A stretch of 64,000 nt of DNA from Planctomycetota bacterium (lineage in GTDB: Bacteria > Planctomycetota > PLA2 > JAEUHO01), in NCBI GenBank assembly GCA_965222115.1, contig CBDCTJ010000007.1, positions 2,304,001-2,368,000 of the forward strand, written 5' to 3'. How positions within the stretch are numbered: the stretch's first letter is position 1; the number at the start of each line of letters is the position of its first letter. Shown here piece by piece: positions 38,747-47,945 of this stretch. Under the pieces are notes generated by a model, which saw only the letters and a program-made list of their open reading frames with translations, made no database searches and was not told the origin of the DNA. Position numbers and translations under genes: made by a program.

Positions 38747-40351
38747 ATGGCCCAAACGAAGAAGGCACCCGCAAAGAAGCCCACCATTGACGACGTCATG
38801 GCGGTGCTGGAAGAGCGCTACGGACTACCGCCGAGCGATCTCGGCCGGCCGGAAGACCCGTTAATCGACAAGTTGTTAATGTTGGTGCTTGAGCCCTACA
38901 CGGGCAGCATCGAAAAAGCCAAGGATGCCATTCGCGACGCGTCGCGCCGGGTGATCGACTTCAATGAGTTGCGCGTGAGTGGCCTGCGCGAGTTTGAAGA
39001 CATCATCGCGCCGTATGTGCCCGCGCCGCTGCGTCAACGCGCCGCGTGGGATATGCGCATGGCGCTGCAAGACGTGTGGGATGGTTCCCATGGGCTCGAT
39101 CTTGAACCGCTGCGCAATCGTCCACCGGAGGATCAGCGCAAGTTCTTGGCCGACCTGCCGAATGTTTCGGGTGGGGTTGCCGCGCTCATCTTCCAAATCG
39201 CTTGTGGCGACAAATACGTAGCCTTCGGTCCGCGCGAGGAAAAGTTGTTGGTGCGGTTTGGCTTGCTACCCCGTAGCTCGACGCGCGAACGCATTCGTCT
39301 AGCTATTGAACGACGGGTAAAGCCAGAAGATCGGAGGCGTTTCTCATGGCTGGCGGGCCACGGCGCCAATCTCTTTGAACACGATTTCGATCCAGCAAAT
39401 CCATTTTGCAAGTTGCTTGCGGCGGCCCGGGCCAAGGAACTCCAACTTCGAGCGCAGGAAGCCAAACGCGAAGAAGCCCGACGCAAGGCCGAAGAAAAGG
39501 CGCGTCGAATCGAAGAAGAGAAACAACGTCGCATTGAAGAGCGCGAGCGCAAGCGCATTGAACGCGAAGAAGCCAAGCGCCAGCGCGCCGAAGAGATGAA
39601 GCGTAAGCGCGAAGAAGCCGCTGCCCGACGCAAGGCAGAAGCCCTCGCCCGCAAGGAAGCCGCCGCCAAGCGAAAGGCTGAGATGATTGCTCGCCGTAAG
39701 GCCGAAGCGATTCGCAAGAAGGAAGCTGCCGCCAAGAAGAAAGCGGCCATGATTGCCAAGAAGAAAGCTGCCGCGGCCAAGAAGAAGGCTGCGCTGGCGA
39801 AGAAGAAGGCGGCCGCCAAGAAGAAGGCCGCAATGGCGAAGAAGAAAGCGGCGATGGCCAAGAAGAAGGCTGCGCTTGCAAAGAAGCGCGCTGCGGCAAA
39901 GAAGAAAGCTGCACTCGCCAAAAAGAAGGCCGCTGCCGCCAAGAAGAAAGCTGCTGCTGCGAAGAAGAAAGCAGCGATGGCCAAAAAGCAGGCTGCCGCG
40001 AAGAAGAAGGCTGCGATGGCCAAGAAGCGCGCTGCAGCCGCCAAGAAGAAAGCCGCTCTCGCCAAGAAGCGCGCTGCGGCCAAGAAGAAGGCTGCGAAAA
40101 AGAAGAAGAACGCCAAAAAGTCCGTGAGAAAGAAGACGTCGGCGGCCAAGCGCAAGAAGAAGGCTCCCGCACGAACAAAGAAGAAGGCATCCAAACGCAA
40201 GAAGACGCGTGCCGGCTCAAAGAAGAAGGCTGCGAAGAAGAAGGCAAAGAAGCCCAAGAAGAAGCCAAAGTCGAAACCCAAAAAGAAGGCAGCGCGTCGC
40301 AAGACAAAGAAGAAGGCCAAGCGAAGGGCGACGAAGAAGCGCAGGCGGTAG
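38747..40351 (+). CDS. Endonuclease III/HhH-like N-terminal domain fused to a long Lys/Ala-rich histone H1-like tail
   Basis: DFNELRVS...LDLEPLR...LADLPNV N-terminal domain (family by resemblance); E/R/K coiled coil; about 200 aa of KKKAAA repeats. Confidence 0.65.
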   Translation: MAQTKKAPAKKPTIDDVMAVLEERYGLPPSDLGRPEDPLIDKLLMLVLEPYTGSIEKAKDAIRDASRRVIDFNELRVSGLREFEDIIAPYVPAPLRQRAAWDMRMALQDVWDGSHGLDLEPLRNRPPEDQRKFLADLPNVSGGVAALIFQIACGDKYVAFGPREEKLLVRFGLLPRSSTRERIRLAIERRVKPEDRRRFSWLAGHGANLFEHDFDPANPFCKLLAAARAKELQLRAQEAKREEARRKAEEKARRIEEEKQRRIEERERKRIEREEAKRQRAEEMKRKREEAAARRKAEALARKEAAAKRKAEMIARRKAEAIRKKEAAAKKKAAMIAKKKAAAAKKKAALAKKKAAAKKKAAMAKKKAAMAKKKAALAKKRAAAKKKAALAKKKAAAAKKKAAAAKKKAAMAKKQAAAKKKAAMAKKRAAAAKKKAALAKKRAAAKKKAAKKKKNAKKSVRKKTSAAKRKKKAPARTKKKASKRKKTRAGSKKKAAKKKAKKPKKKPKSKPKKKAARRKTKKKAKRRATKKRRR

Positions 40352-40461
40352 GTAGTTGTCGCGTGTGGGGGTGCGCCTTCGTCTCGTCCTAAGCCGGCTT
40401 CACTTTTTGGGACGCCTCTCAAAAGGCTAGATTTTTGACGACACGGTAGGACCATCGATTC

Positions 40462-41040
40462 GTGAAGCCACTCGTCCTCGCCAGTGCCAGTCCCCGTCGC
40501 GCCGAGTTGCTACGCGAAGGCGGCATCGCATTCGAAGTGTCACCCCGTTTGAATGTGGATGAGTCCTATGAGGCCGGATGGGCACCGACTCAAATCGTCG
40601 AATCGCTGGCGAAGCGAAAGGCCGAGGCCGCGATAGCCCAGTTTCCCGACCGATTCATTCTTGGCGCCGACACGATTGTCGTGCACGAAGGGGATGTCCT
40701 GGGGAAGCCGAAGGATCGAGAAGACGCGGTTGCCATGTTGAAGCGCCTTTCGGATCGCTGGCATGACGTGTGGACCGGCGTCGCAATTGTTGCTCCCGGC
40801 AACCCCGAGGCCGCGCATGTAGGGCATGTGCGTACCGCGCTCTGCTTTCGCGCATTGGACGATCAAGAGATTCACGACTATGTCAATAGCGGCGAACCTA
40901 TGGACAAGGCAGGCGCTTACGCAATTCAAGGCGACGCGGCGGAGTGGGTCACGAAGTGTGAAGGTCCGGTGGACAATGTGATTGGCTTGCCCATGTTGCA
41001 TGTCGAGCGGTACCTGGGGGTGGTGGGGTACGGCGAATAA
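40462..41040 (+). CDS. maf: Maf family nucleotide pyrophosphatase
   Basis: LASASPRRAELL, GADTIV, GKPKD, DKAGAYAIQG, NVIGLP. Confidence 0.93.
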   Translation: MKPLVLASASPRRAELLREGGIAFEVSPRLNVDESYEAGWAPTQIVESLAKRKAEAAIAQFPDRFILGADTIVVHEGDVLGKPKDREDAVAMLKRLSDRWHDVWTGVAIVAPGNPEAAHVGHVRTALCFRALDDQEIHDYVNSGEPMDKAGAYAIQGDAAEWVTKCEGPVDNVIGLPMLHVERYLGVVGYGE

Positions 41041-41059
41041 ACGTGTCCCGCTCGGAACG

Positions 41060-41196
41060 CCGTCATCCGTTTTCCCGTACCCCGTACCCCGTACCCCGTC
41101 ACCCCGTCACCCGGGCACAAGAATGAGTGTTCGATGATCGACTCGTCCATCGTTTAGGACGTGGACGTGGACGTGGACGTGGACGTGGACGTGGAC
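41060..41196 (+). repeat. Modular motif copy D with (GTGGAC)6
   Basis: (CCCGTAC)n tract, diverged core TCGATGATCGACTCG, GTGGAC x6 at 41161-41196. Confidence 0.8.
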
Positions 41197-41198
41197 GG

Positions 41199-41573
41199 TC
41201 AAGGCTCGTCGAACCTTCGTTGAAGCACAAACAACATGGCGGCGCATCGCTCCAGAGTGTTCATGACGCTTGAAACTGCGGCCTCGCTGGCGAGTCCGAG
41301 TAGTAGCGCTTGATGTAGAGCGGCAATGGCTTCGGTGCATTCGGCGTGTGCGATATCGTAAGCTTTGCGTTTCTCGGCTGGCCGCCGTTTCGATATGCCT
41401 TCGGCGACGTTTAGCGCCACGCTGGTACTTGCGCGCCTGAGTTGATCGGCGAGTTTTGCGTGGCCACGAGGCCATTCACCGCAGATGGTGACGCACCCGA
41501 CCGCCGCGGCCTGCGATGCACGGTAGACGTCGAAGCGTTTGAGGTATTCGAGCGTGGAAGACGCGCTTGTCAT
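41199..41573 (-). CDS. Four-helix bundle protein, type B copy 1
   Basis: FDVYRAS...WPRGHAKLADQLRRASTSVALNVAEG...YDIAHAECTE; 124 aa. Confidence 0.85.
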   Translation of the reverse strand: MTSASSTLEYLKRFDVYRASQAAAVGCVTICGEWPRGHAKLADQLRRASTSVALNVAEGISKRRPAEKRKAYDIAHAECTEAIAALHQALLLGLASEAAVSSVMNTLERCAAMLFVLQRRFDEP

Positions 41574-41783
41574 GATGGAGCTCCAGCGTGAAGGGATCGC
41601 AAGCCGTTTGCTCGTGTGTGCCCTTCGCAAAAGAGCCGAAGGCGAAGGAGGGCGCACACGAGCGGGTCGTACAAACAGAACCCCGCGCAATAGCGTCAAC
41701 TCGTTCTCAAGCTGGAGTTCCATCACAAGCGGAGTTCGCGCGTACCGAACGTGCTGGAGCAACTGGCGGTGTTGTCTAAGGCT

Positions 41784-41869
41784 CCGTCACCCGTTACCCT
41801 TTCCCCGAGTTCAAGGGCGGGCATCCGATGAACGATTCACGACCCCTTAACGTGAACGTGGACGTGGAC
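41784..41869 (+). repeat. Modular motif copy E with a short hexamer tract
   Basis: CCGTCACCCGTTACCC...TCAAGGGCGGGCATCCGATGAACGATTCACG...GTGAACGTGGACGTGGAC. Confidence 0.85.
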
Positions 41870-42017
41870 GGTGTGCGCACCGAACTGATTGCTGTGTGAC
41901 GTGAAGGCTCACCGGGCAACACCCGCTTGGGAAGTGCTACGTGCATGCCCCTATTCGCCACAAGGGCGAGGGCACGCACTCGCATTCCCGCGGGTGTTTC
42001 CTCGTGGAGATTCTCGT

Positions 42018-42404
42018 ATGTCACACAGCAATCAGTTCTCGGTTACTTCCACGGCGAGTCGGCTTGAACGGTTCGACGTGTATCGAATTGCACGGCGTGC
42101 CGCGGCGAGCATTCACCATCTCTGTGGATCGCTGCCTCGAGGCAACGCCGAGCTCGCAAGCCAAGCTCGACGAGCCTCTGCGGCCGTCGTCCTCAACGTC
42201 GCGGAGGGCATCGGACGTGCCGGCACGGGCGCCAAGCACCGTTCGTTCTCAATCGCTCGCGGCGAGTGTGTCGAGGCCTCGGCTGCGCTCGACCTCATGC
42301 AGGCAATGGGTATTCTCACAAACGCGTGCGCGATGCCTACACTTCGTGATCTCGACCGCGTCCGCGCGATGTTGAACGCACTTATCCGCCGCTGGAGGGA
42401 ATGA
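42018..42404 (+). CDS. Four-helix bundle protein, type A copy 2
   Basis: Close paralog of 11813-12199, including the ~140-nt leader. Confidence 0.85.
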   Translation: MSHSNQFSVTSTASRLERFDVYRIARRAAASIHHLCGSLPRGNAELASQARRASAAVVLNVAEGIGRAGTGAKHRSFSIARGECVEASAALDLMQAMGILTNACAMPTLRDLDRVRAMLNALIRRWRE

Positions 42405-42423
42405 GGGGAGTTACATGAAAGCC

Positions 42424-42465
42424 GAATCCCGCAAAAAAGTGCCGGGTGTAAATTTGCGGGGTTCG
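42424..42465. repeat. Palindromic repeat P, copy 2
   Basis: Matches 11389-11429. Confidence 0.8.
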
Positions 42466-42476
42466 TCTCACCTTCG

Positions 42477-43784
42477 TCAGCCGTCCTTCTTCTCCAACGC
42501 CTTCCTAAGCAACGCTCCGAGTTGGGTTTCGCCTTCGGCTTCTTGGCCACCGGACAAGACATCGCGAATGGTCGCATCGTCGGCGACGTCGGCAGTGAGC
42601 AAGTCGCCGCGTTCACTTAGTAGCGAGAGTCCGATGCGACGACGATCCGGTTCAATGTTGGCGATGCGCACGCTGAGCGTTTGGCCAATCGACACGACTT
42701 CTTTGGGGGAGCGCACCGAATGGGGCGCAAGTTGGCTTACGTGGGCCAATCCCTCCACACCTTCGGCAACTTCGACGAACGCACCGAAGTGAGCCATGCG
42801 TGTGACTTTGCCCTCGACGACCGATCCTGCAGGATTGCGTTCGATGAATGCGAGCCAAGGATCTTGGTCCAGCGCCTTTTTGCTCAGGCTGATGCGTCGC
42901 CCGTTTTCTTCAATGGACAGAATCTTGACGGTGACTTTGTCGCCTTCAGAAATGTGTTCCTTGGGATCTTCGACGCGTTTCCAAGCGAGTTCGGATACAT
43001 GCAAAAGGCCTTCGACGCCTCCAATATCCACAAATGCGCCAAAAGGCTCAACGCGCGTAACCGAACCACTTACGACGACACCGGGCGCCAAGCTGCTGAC
43101 GGCCTGCGCACGCGATTCTTCGCGTTCTCGTCTTAGGAGTCCGCGGCGGGAGACAATCAATCGTCGTTTTTCCCGATCGATCTCGATCACTTCCACAGAG
43201 AGGGCGCGTCCCACGAAAGTCTCTGGCTCCTCCACTCGCTCAAGCGCGATGTGCGAGACCGGCATGAACGCGGTCAGTACGCCACACTGCACTTCGAACC
43301 CACCCGTATTGGTCGCGCGCACCGTGCCTTGAAGGATCGAACCCACTTCGAGCCCGTCCCACTCCGCCGTTTGAATCGATCGGTGAAGGCTGCACAGGAA
43401 GATGCCCTCTTGTGCATCTTGTTCGCGCACAAAGACTTTGATGGAGCTGCCCACGTCGGGTGGCGTGCCGAAGTGCCCCGCTGGTACAACACCTTGAAGT
43501 CGAGGCCCAAACTCAATGAACACATCTTTGTCGGTGACGCCTGCCACGGTTCCCTGACAGAACGCGCCCTCTTTGGGATCCGTTGAAATGGCGTCTTGCG
43601 TTCTATCCCACGCAGCTAGTGCGTCTTCCATCGACGGTTCGTCGTCCTCGCTGCCCATTAGCGATGTGCCAGCGAGCGCCGCCTCGATTTCCTTTTCCAA
43701 TTCTTCGTCCGTTGGTGCCTTTGAGTCGCCGGTTGGCAAGTCCGGTGTCATGTCGGCGATTGGCTTTTCGTCAGGATCGGACAT
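42477..43784 (-). CDS. S1 RNA-binding domain protein (RpsA-like, four S1 domains)
   Basis: Repeated FGAFVDIGGVEGLLHVSEL and FGAFVEVAEGVEGLAHVSQL motifs. Confidence 0.85.
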   Translation of the reverse strand: MSDPDEKPIADMTPDLPTGDSKAPTDEELEKEIEAALAGTSLMGSEDDEPSMEDALAAWDRTQDAISTDPKEGAFCQGTVAGVTDKDVFIEFGPRLQGVVPAGHFGTPPDVGSSIKVFVREQDAQEGIFLCSLHRSIQTAEWDGLEVGSILQGTVRATNTGGFEVQCGVLTAFMPVSHIALERVEEPETFVGRALSVEVIEIDREKRRLIVSRRGLLRREREESRAQAVSSLAPGVVVSGSVTRVEPFGAFVDIGGVEGLLHVSELAWKRVEDPKEHISEGDKVTVKILSIEENGRRISLSKKALDQDPWLAFIERNPAGSVVEGKVTRMAHFGAFVEVAEGVEGLAHVSQLAPHSVRSPKEVVSIGQTLSVRIANIEPDRRRIGLSLLSERGDLLTADVADDATIRDVLSGGQEAEGETQLGALLRKALEKKDG

Positions 43785-44020
43785 TTGTCAGGCGCTCCGT
43801 GGGGGACCGGATAGTTTCCGTTCGGGCATCGGGCGGTGGCAAGATTGGATTTGGGTGTGAAATGGAAATCGCTGCAAATTGAAGGCGCGTGTGCGACGGG
43901 AGCGGCGTACCTCACGCAGAGGCGCGGACTGGCGAGAGGCGCAGGGAGAACTCAGCTAAAGAAGGCGACAACAACTTAGGGCGCGTGTCGGAGATTCCAA
44001 GGGTCGAAGACCCGATGGAA

Positions 44021-44079
44021 GCGGAGACCCTGAGTAAGCACCAGCGGATCTTTGATCCGCGCAGTGCGCATCGATGGGT
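44021..44079. repeat. REP-like palindromic repeat R, copy 2
   Basis: Matches 13615-13678. Confidence 0.8.
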
Positions 44080-45236
44080 CAGCTGGGAACGCCCCTACTC
44101 GGCCCCTCGTAAAGCAATTCAGAATCCGCGTTGCGCTTCGTCTTTGGCCCGCGTTCTAAACGGAACATGCCAATGGCCAAAAGCACGACACCAACGCCCA
44201 TCGCAACTCCGTGGATGCGCTCATCGATCATCCATCCGGCAACGGTGGCAACCGCGATGGCTAGGCCTGCGAGAACAAAGGTCCATGGCGATGTCGCTTT
44301 GGCCTCTGAAGCATGTCGCGATGCGGGTTGCGCAGGACCTCGAGCGCGTCGTTGTTGATCGTTGAGTACTTCGACCGGCGACCTGAATCCCGAGGCAGCG
44401 CCGGCGAGGTCTTTGGGGGCTCGTGTGAGGCCTTGTCGATTGGCGGCAAGGATCTTCTGCGCGTCTTTGCCGGGTTGTCGGGTGTCGTTTTTGTAAATAT
44501 TGAGAAACGCTTCGCGATCGTCTTCACGCAGCCAACGATTGCCCGTGCGCTCGGCACGAATGGTGGTCATGGTGCGACCCATGTCGTCGTGGCCCGGATG
44601 CACCACGGTTTCGGATGGGCGATTACGGAAGAGGCGTTCCATGGTGTCGAACCATGCATTGCCGTCGCTTCCGGGCGCGTCGCGTACGCCGACGGTTCCA
44701 ATCAACAGTGTGTCGCCCGTGAAGAGTGCGCCGGGCGCCTCAACAACCAGGGCGTCATTGGTAACGCCGGGGGCGTGGTGAATCGTGAGTTGCTGCTCGC
44801 CGAGCGGAAGGATTGCGCCGTCGCTCGGTCGCGCTGTGGCGTTTTGATTTTCGGCGTTGGGATGAACGACATAGTCGCACCCGAGGCGGGCATGAAGGGC
44901 CGCGCCGCCCGATAGGTGATCGCCATGCGAGTGGGTATCCACGACGTAGCGCACGCGCGCCCGCTGGCTCGAGAGCGCTTCCATAGTTTCGCGAATGTTG
45001 TCGAGCACGGGATCGACTACACACGCCTCGCGAGAGCGTGGATCCACCGCGATGTAGGTGCGGCATCCGCGCGCATGGCAGATTTCGGTGACTTCGACGC
45101 GGCGGGGATCTCGGACCATGGCGAAATGATCCCTGGTGGGGGGGACGCCCGACGACCGGGCAGCATGCGGAATGTCGTCCGAAACGAGCCATCCTGCGGT
45201 TCGGGCTCGGTGCTCGCTATCCTGTTTGAATGGCAC
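44079..45236 (-). CDS. MBL-fold metallo-hydrolase (ETHE1/glyoxalase II-like) with C-terminal TM hairpin
   Basis: THSHGDH, FTGDTL, HPGHD; start may be downstream of 45236. Confidence 0.8.
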   Translation of the reverse strand: MPFKQDSEHRARTAGWLVSDDIPHAARSSGVPPTRDHFAMVRDPRRVEVTEICHARGCRTYIAVDPRSREACVVDPVLDNIRETMEALSSQRARVRYVVDTHSHGDHLSGGAALHARLGCDYVVHPNAENQNATARPSDGAILPLGEQQLTIHHAPGVTNDALVVEAPGALFTGDTLLIGTVGVRDAPGSDGNAWFDTMERLFRNRPSETVVHPGHDDMGRTMTTIRAERTGNRWLREDDREAFLNIYKNDTRQPGKDAQKILAANRQGLTRAPKDLAGAASGFRSPVEVLNDQQRRARGPAQPASRHASEAKATSPWTFVLAGLAIAVATVAGWMIDERIHGVAMGVGVVLLAIGMFRLERGPKTKRNADSELLYEGPSRGVPS

Positions 45237-46954
45237 GGCGCACCCACCGAACTCGAGTTGCTACCCTGAGCGGCAAACGCACGCCTGTCACGTCGCTGCC
45301 GCTTCTCATGGTCGCCGCCTTCTGTTTGCTTGTGAACGATGCATGCGGCGGTACGCCACGGTGGGGCATGGGCCCGTTTCCTGTTGGCGGTAAGAACACA
45401 TCCACCGCGGGTGCGCTTGCCGTGCTCACGGGGTTGAGCCCATCGATTGCGCGCACACGAGCCATTGCGTGGGAAGAACTCGAGCCGCGCATGATGCCCG
45501 GTACGCTCGGTCGCTACGAATGGGGGCGACTCGACGCCGCCGTGCGACTTCTGCAGCTCGGCGGATTCGAACCGCTGGTTGTTTTGTCTTGTCGTTCATC
45601 ATGGGCGTGCCAACCCACCGACACAACGGCTTGGGCGAAGCGTTGTTCGAGCGAACTGTCACGTGGCGAAGCTACGGCGGCCTTGGTGGAGACCAACGGA
45701 TCGGGTCGTCCACCGCGCAAGGAACATTGGAAGCGTTGGGAGGTGTTTGTTCAACACCTTATGGAACGCTACGACGGTGACGGGAAGCACGATATGCCCG
45801 GACTGCGTCGCCCCATTATTGGTGTACAGATTCAGGAATCGCCCGGCGAACTTGACGATTGGATTGGCAGCGTCAGCGACTACCTGCGGTTGTTGCACCA
45901 CACAGATCTTGGCGCCCACGCGGCGAGTGCAAGCGCACTTGTCGTCACCGGTGCCGTCGATGTGATGCAAACGGGGCAGGCGCCTCACCCCGCACCGAAG
46001 CAGTGGAAACGGCGCATTCGGGATGTGTTACCCACCGCGCCTCAGTCGGCGGTCATGGCCGCCGAGCGCGCCTTTGAACTCTTGGATCGTCTGCTCGAAA
46101 TGCCCCGTGTCTACGATGTGATTTGCCAGCGCGCATCGGGCAATCTGCACAACGACTTTGCCAATATCCGCTTTCTGCGAAGAACGCTGGATGGCAAGCG
46201 CGAGTATGACCGACGCGTGTGGCTCGTGAATGCGGGACGCAATCTAGAACGAGCCACCATCCGCGGTAAACCCAAACCATCCGAAGACGAACTCCGTATT
46301 CGGCGACGCTGGGTGCCGCCCGCCACCAACCCTGGCCATTCTGAACATGCGCGTGCCAAGGCTTGGTTGCGCTTGGGTCAAGCCTACGACGTTATTCGCA
46401 CCTTTTGTACGGCACGCCTGGCCGGAGCCGATGCCGTGGTATGTCATGCGCCGTTTGATGAAGTGTTGGATGCTCGCGGTCGTACCGTTCGCGGCGCCCA
46501 GTATTTGGGTCTGGTTGACGCGAAAGACCTTGACGTTGCTGCGACGGCATCGCGTACACCCAGTTGGTACGCGGCAAAGCAACTTGGCGATCTACTGCAC
46601 GACCACCGCAGCGTGGCTGAAGCCAACAAAGGGCTCCCGGGTCGAACCGTGTTGTTTCATTTCAACGCGAATGCAAAGCACTCATTTGTCGCCGTCCTCT
46701 TTCGCGATCCATCGCGTACATGGGCCGGCGAACCGGGTCGCAATGGCCGCCCCCCCAAAGCCAAGCTCCACTTTGCCGCCATGCCACTCCCCAATGGCCA
46801 CTACTACGTTGAGTCCATTCGCACCACCGCGAAGCCGGCACCCAAGAAGCGTGTAAACGTGCGCGATGGTGTTCTCGAATTGAGCTTGGGTCCTGCGCCT
46901 GTGTTTGTGTATCCGGTGCCGTTGAACGAAATCACGGCGGATCGGGGGAAGTAG
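45230..46954 (+). CDS. Putative glycoside hydrolase-like secreted protein
   Basis: WEELEP...GRYEW..LDAAV and ERYDGDG..DMPGL motifs resemble GH-A clan TIM barrels; catalytic motif diverged. Confidence 0.5.
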   Translation: MARRTHRTRVATLSGKRTPVTSLPLLMVAAFCLLVNDACGGTPRWGMGPFPVGGKNTSTAGALAVLTGLSPSIARTRAIAWEELEPRMMPGTLGRYEWGRLDAAVRLLQLGGFEPLVVLSCRSSWACQPTDTTAWAKRCSSELSRGEATAALVETNGSGRPPRKEHWKRWEVFVQHLMERYDGDGKHDMPGLRRPIIGVQIQESPGELDDWIGSVSDYLRLLHHTDLGAHAASASALVVTGAVDVMQTGQAPHPAPKQWKRRIRDVLPTAPQSAVMAAERAFELLDRLLEMPRVYDVICQRASGNLHNDFANIRFLRRTLDGKREYDRRVWLVNAGRNLERATIRGKPKPSEDELRIRRRWVPPATNPGHSEHARAKAWLRLGQAYDVIRTFCTARLAGADAVVCHAPFDEVLDARGRTVRGAQYLGLVDAKDLDVAATASRTPSWYAAKQLGDLLHDHRSVAEANKGLPGRTVLFHFNANAKHSFVAVLFRDPSRTWAGEPGRNGRPPKAKLHFAAMPLPNGHYYVESIRTTAKPAPKKRVNVRDGVLELSLGPAPVFVYPVPLNEITADRGK

Positions 46955-46983
46955 GGGTTGGGTACAACTAGATGTGATAAAGC

Positions 46984-47101
46984 TCACCCGTCACCCGTCA
47001 CCCGTCACCCGTTACCCGGACTCAAGTCTGAGCGTCCGATGTTCGATTAGCGCCTGTTCGTGGACGTGGACGTGGACGTGGACGTGGACGTGGACGTGGA
47101 C
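46984..47101 (+). repeat. Modular motif copy F with (GTGGAC)7
   Basis: (TCACCCG)4 TTACCCGGACTCAAGTCTGAGCGTCCGATGTTCGATT; GTGGAC x7 at 47060-47101. Confidence 0.9.
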
Positions 47102-47103
47102 GA

Positions 47104-47478
47104 TCACGGGTCGTCGAATCGACGCTGAAGTACGAACAACATCGCGACACATCGCTCCAAGGAGTTCATCACGCGTGAGGTTATGGCGTCGCTGGCGAGG
47201 CCGAGTAGCAGCGCGTGATGTAGGGCCGCAATGGCTTCAGTGCATTCGGCGTGTGCGATGTCGTACGCTTTGCGTTTCTCGGCTGGACGCCTTTTCGATA
47301 GGCCTTCGGCGACGTTTAGCGCCACGCTGGTACTAGCGCGCCTGAGTTGATCGGCGAGCTTTGCGTGGCCTCGAGGCCATGTGGCACAGAGGGCGTTGCA
47401 TTCAAGTGCCGTGGATTGTGAGGTGCGGTAGACATCGAAGCGTTTGAGGTACTCAAGCGTGGAAGACGCGCTTGTCAT
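47104..47478 (-). CDS. Four-helix bundle protein, type B copy 2
   Basis: Close paralog of 41199-41573, including the leader. Confidence 0.85.
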   Translation of the reverse strand: MTSASSTLEYLKRFDVYRTSQSTALECNALCATWPRGHAKLADQLRRASTSVALNVAEGLSKRRPAEKRKAYDIAHAECTEAIAALHHALLLGLASDAITSRVMNSLERCVAMLFVLQRRFDDP

Positions 47479-47687
47479 GATGGAACTCCAGCGTTAAGGG
47501 AATGCAAGCCGTTTGCTCGCGTGTGCCCTTCGTGAAGGAGCCGAAGGCGAAGGAGGGCACACGCGAGCGGGTCGTACAAAAGAAGCCCCGCGTAATAGCG
47601 ACAACTCGTTCTCAAGCTGGAGTTCCATTGCAAGCGGCGCCCGCGCGTACCGATCCCGCTGGAGCAGCCGGCGGTGTTGCCCAAGGT

Positions 47688-47825
47688 TCCGTCACCCGTT
47701 TCCCGTGCCCCGTTACCCGGACTCAAGTGTGGGCGTCCGATGTTCGATTCACGCCAGCTCGTGGACGTGGACGTGGACGTGGACGTGGACGTGGACGTGG
47801 ACGTGGACGTGGACGTGGACGTGGA
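47688..47825 (+). repeat. Modular motif copy G with (GTGGAC)10
   Basis: CCCGTTACCCGGACTCAAGTGTGGGCGTCCGATGTTCGATTCACGCCAGCTC; GTGGAC x10 at 47761-47820. Confidence 0.9.
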
Positions 47826-47846
47826 GAGCAAATGGCCTTGCCATTT

Positions 47847-47912
47847 GCGCGAAGACCCTGAGTAAGCTCCAGCGGATCTCTGATCCGCGCAGTGCGCTTC
47901 GAAGGGTGGACG
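47847..47912. repeat. REP-like palindromic repeat R, copy 3
   Basis: Matches 13615-13678 and 44021-44079. Confidence 0.8.
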
Positions 47913-47945
47913 CAAAATTGCTCGCGTCAGGTTCCCGGTCAAACG

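Noticed and set aside
39133-40455. 440-aa Phe/Ala-rich minus ORF
   Set aside because: Antisense shadow of the Lys/Ala-rich gene.
41060-42465. Classical integron cassette array
   Set aside because: No intI in the window, and I could not identify canonical RYYYAAC/GTTRRRY attC boxes in the motif.
11813-47478. Diversity-generating retroelement (Avd-like genes)
   Set aside because: No reverse transcriptase and no TR/VR pair with adenine-specific differences is visible in the window.
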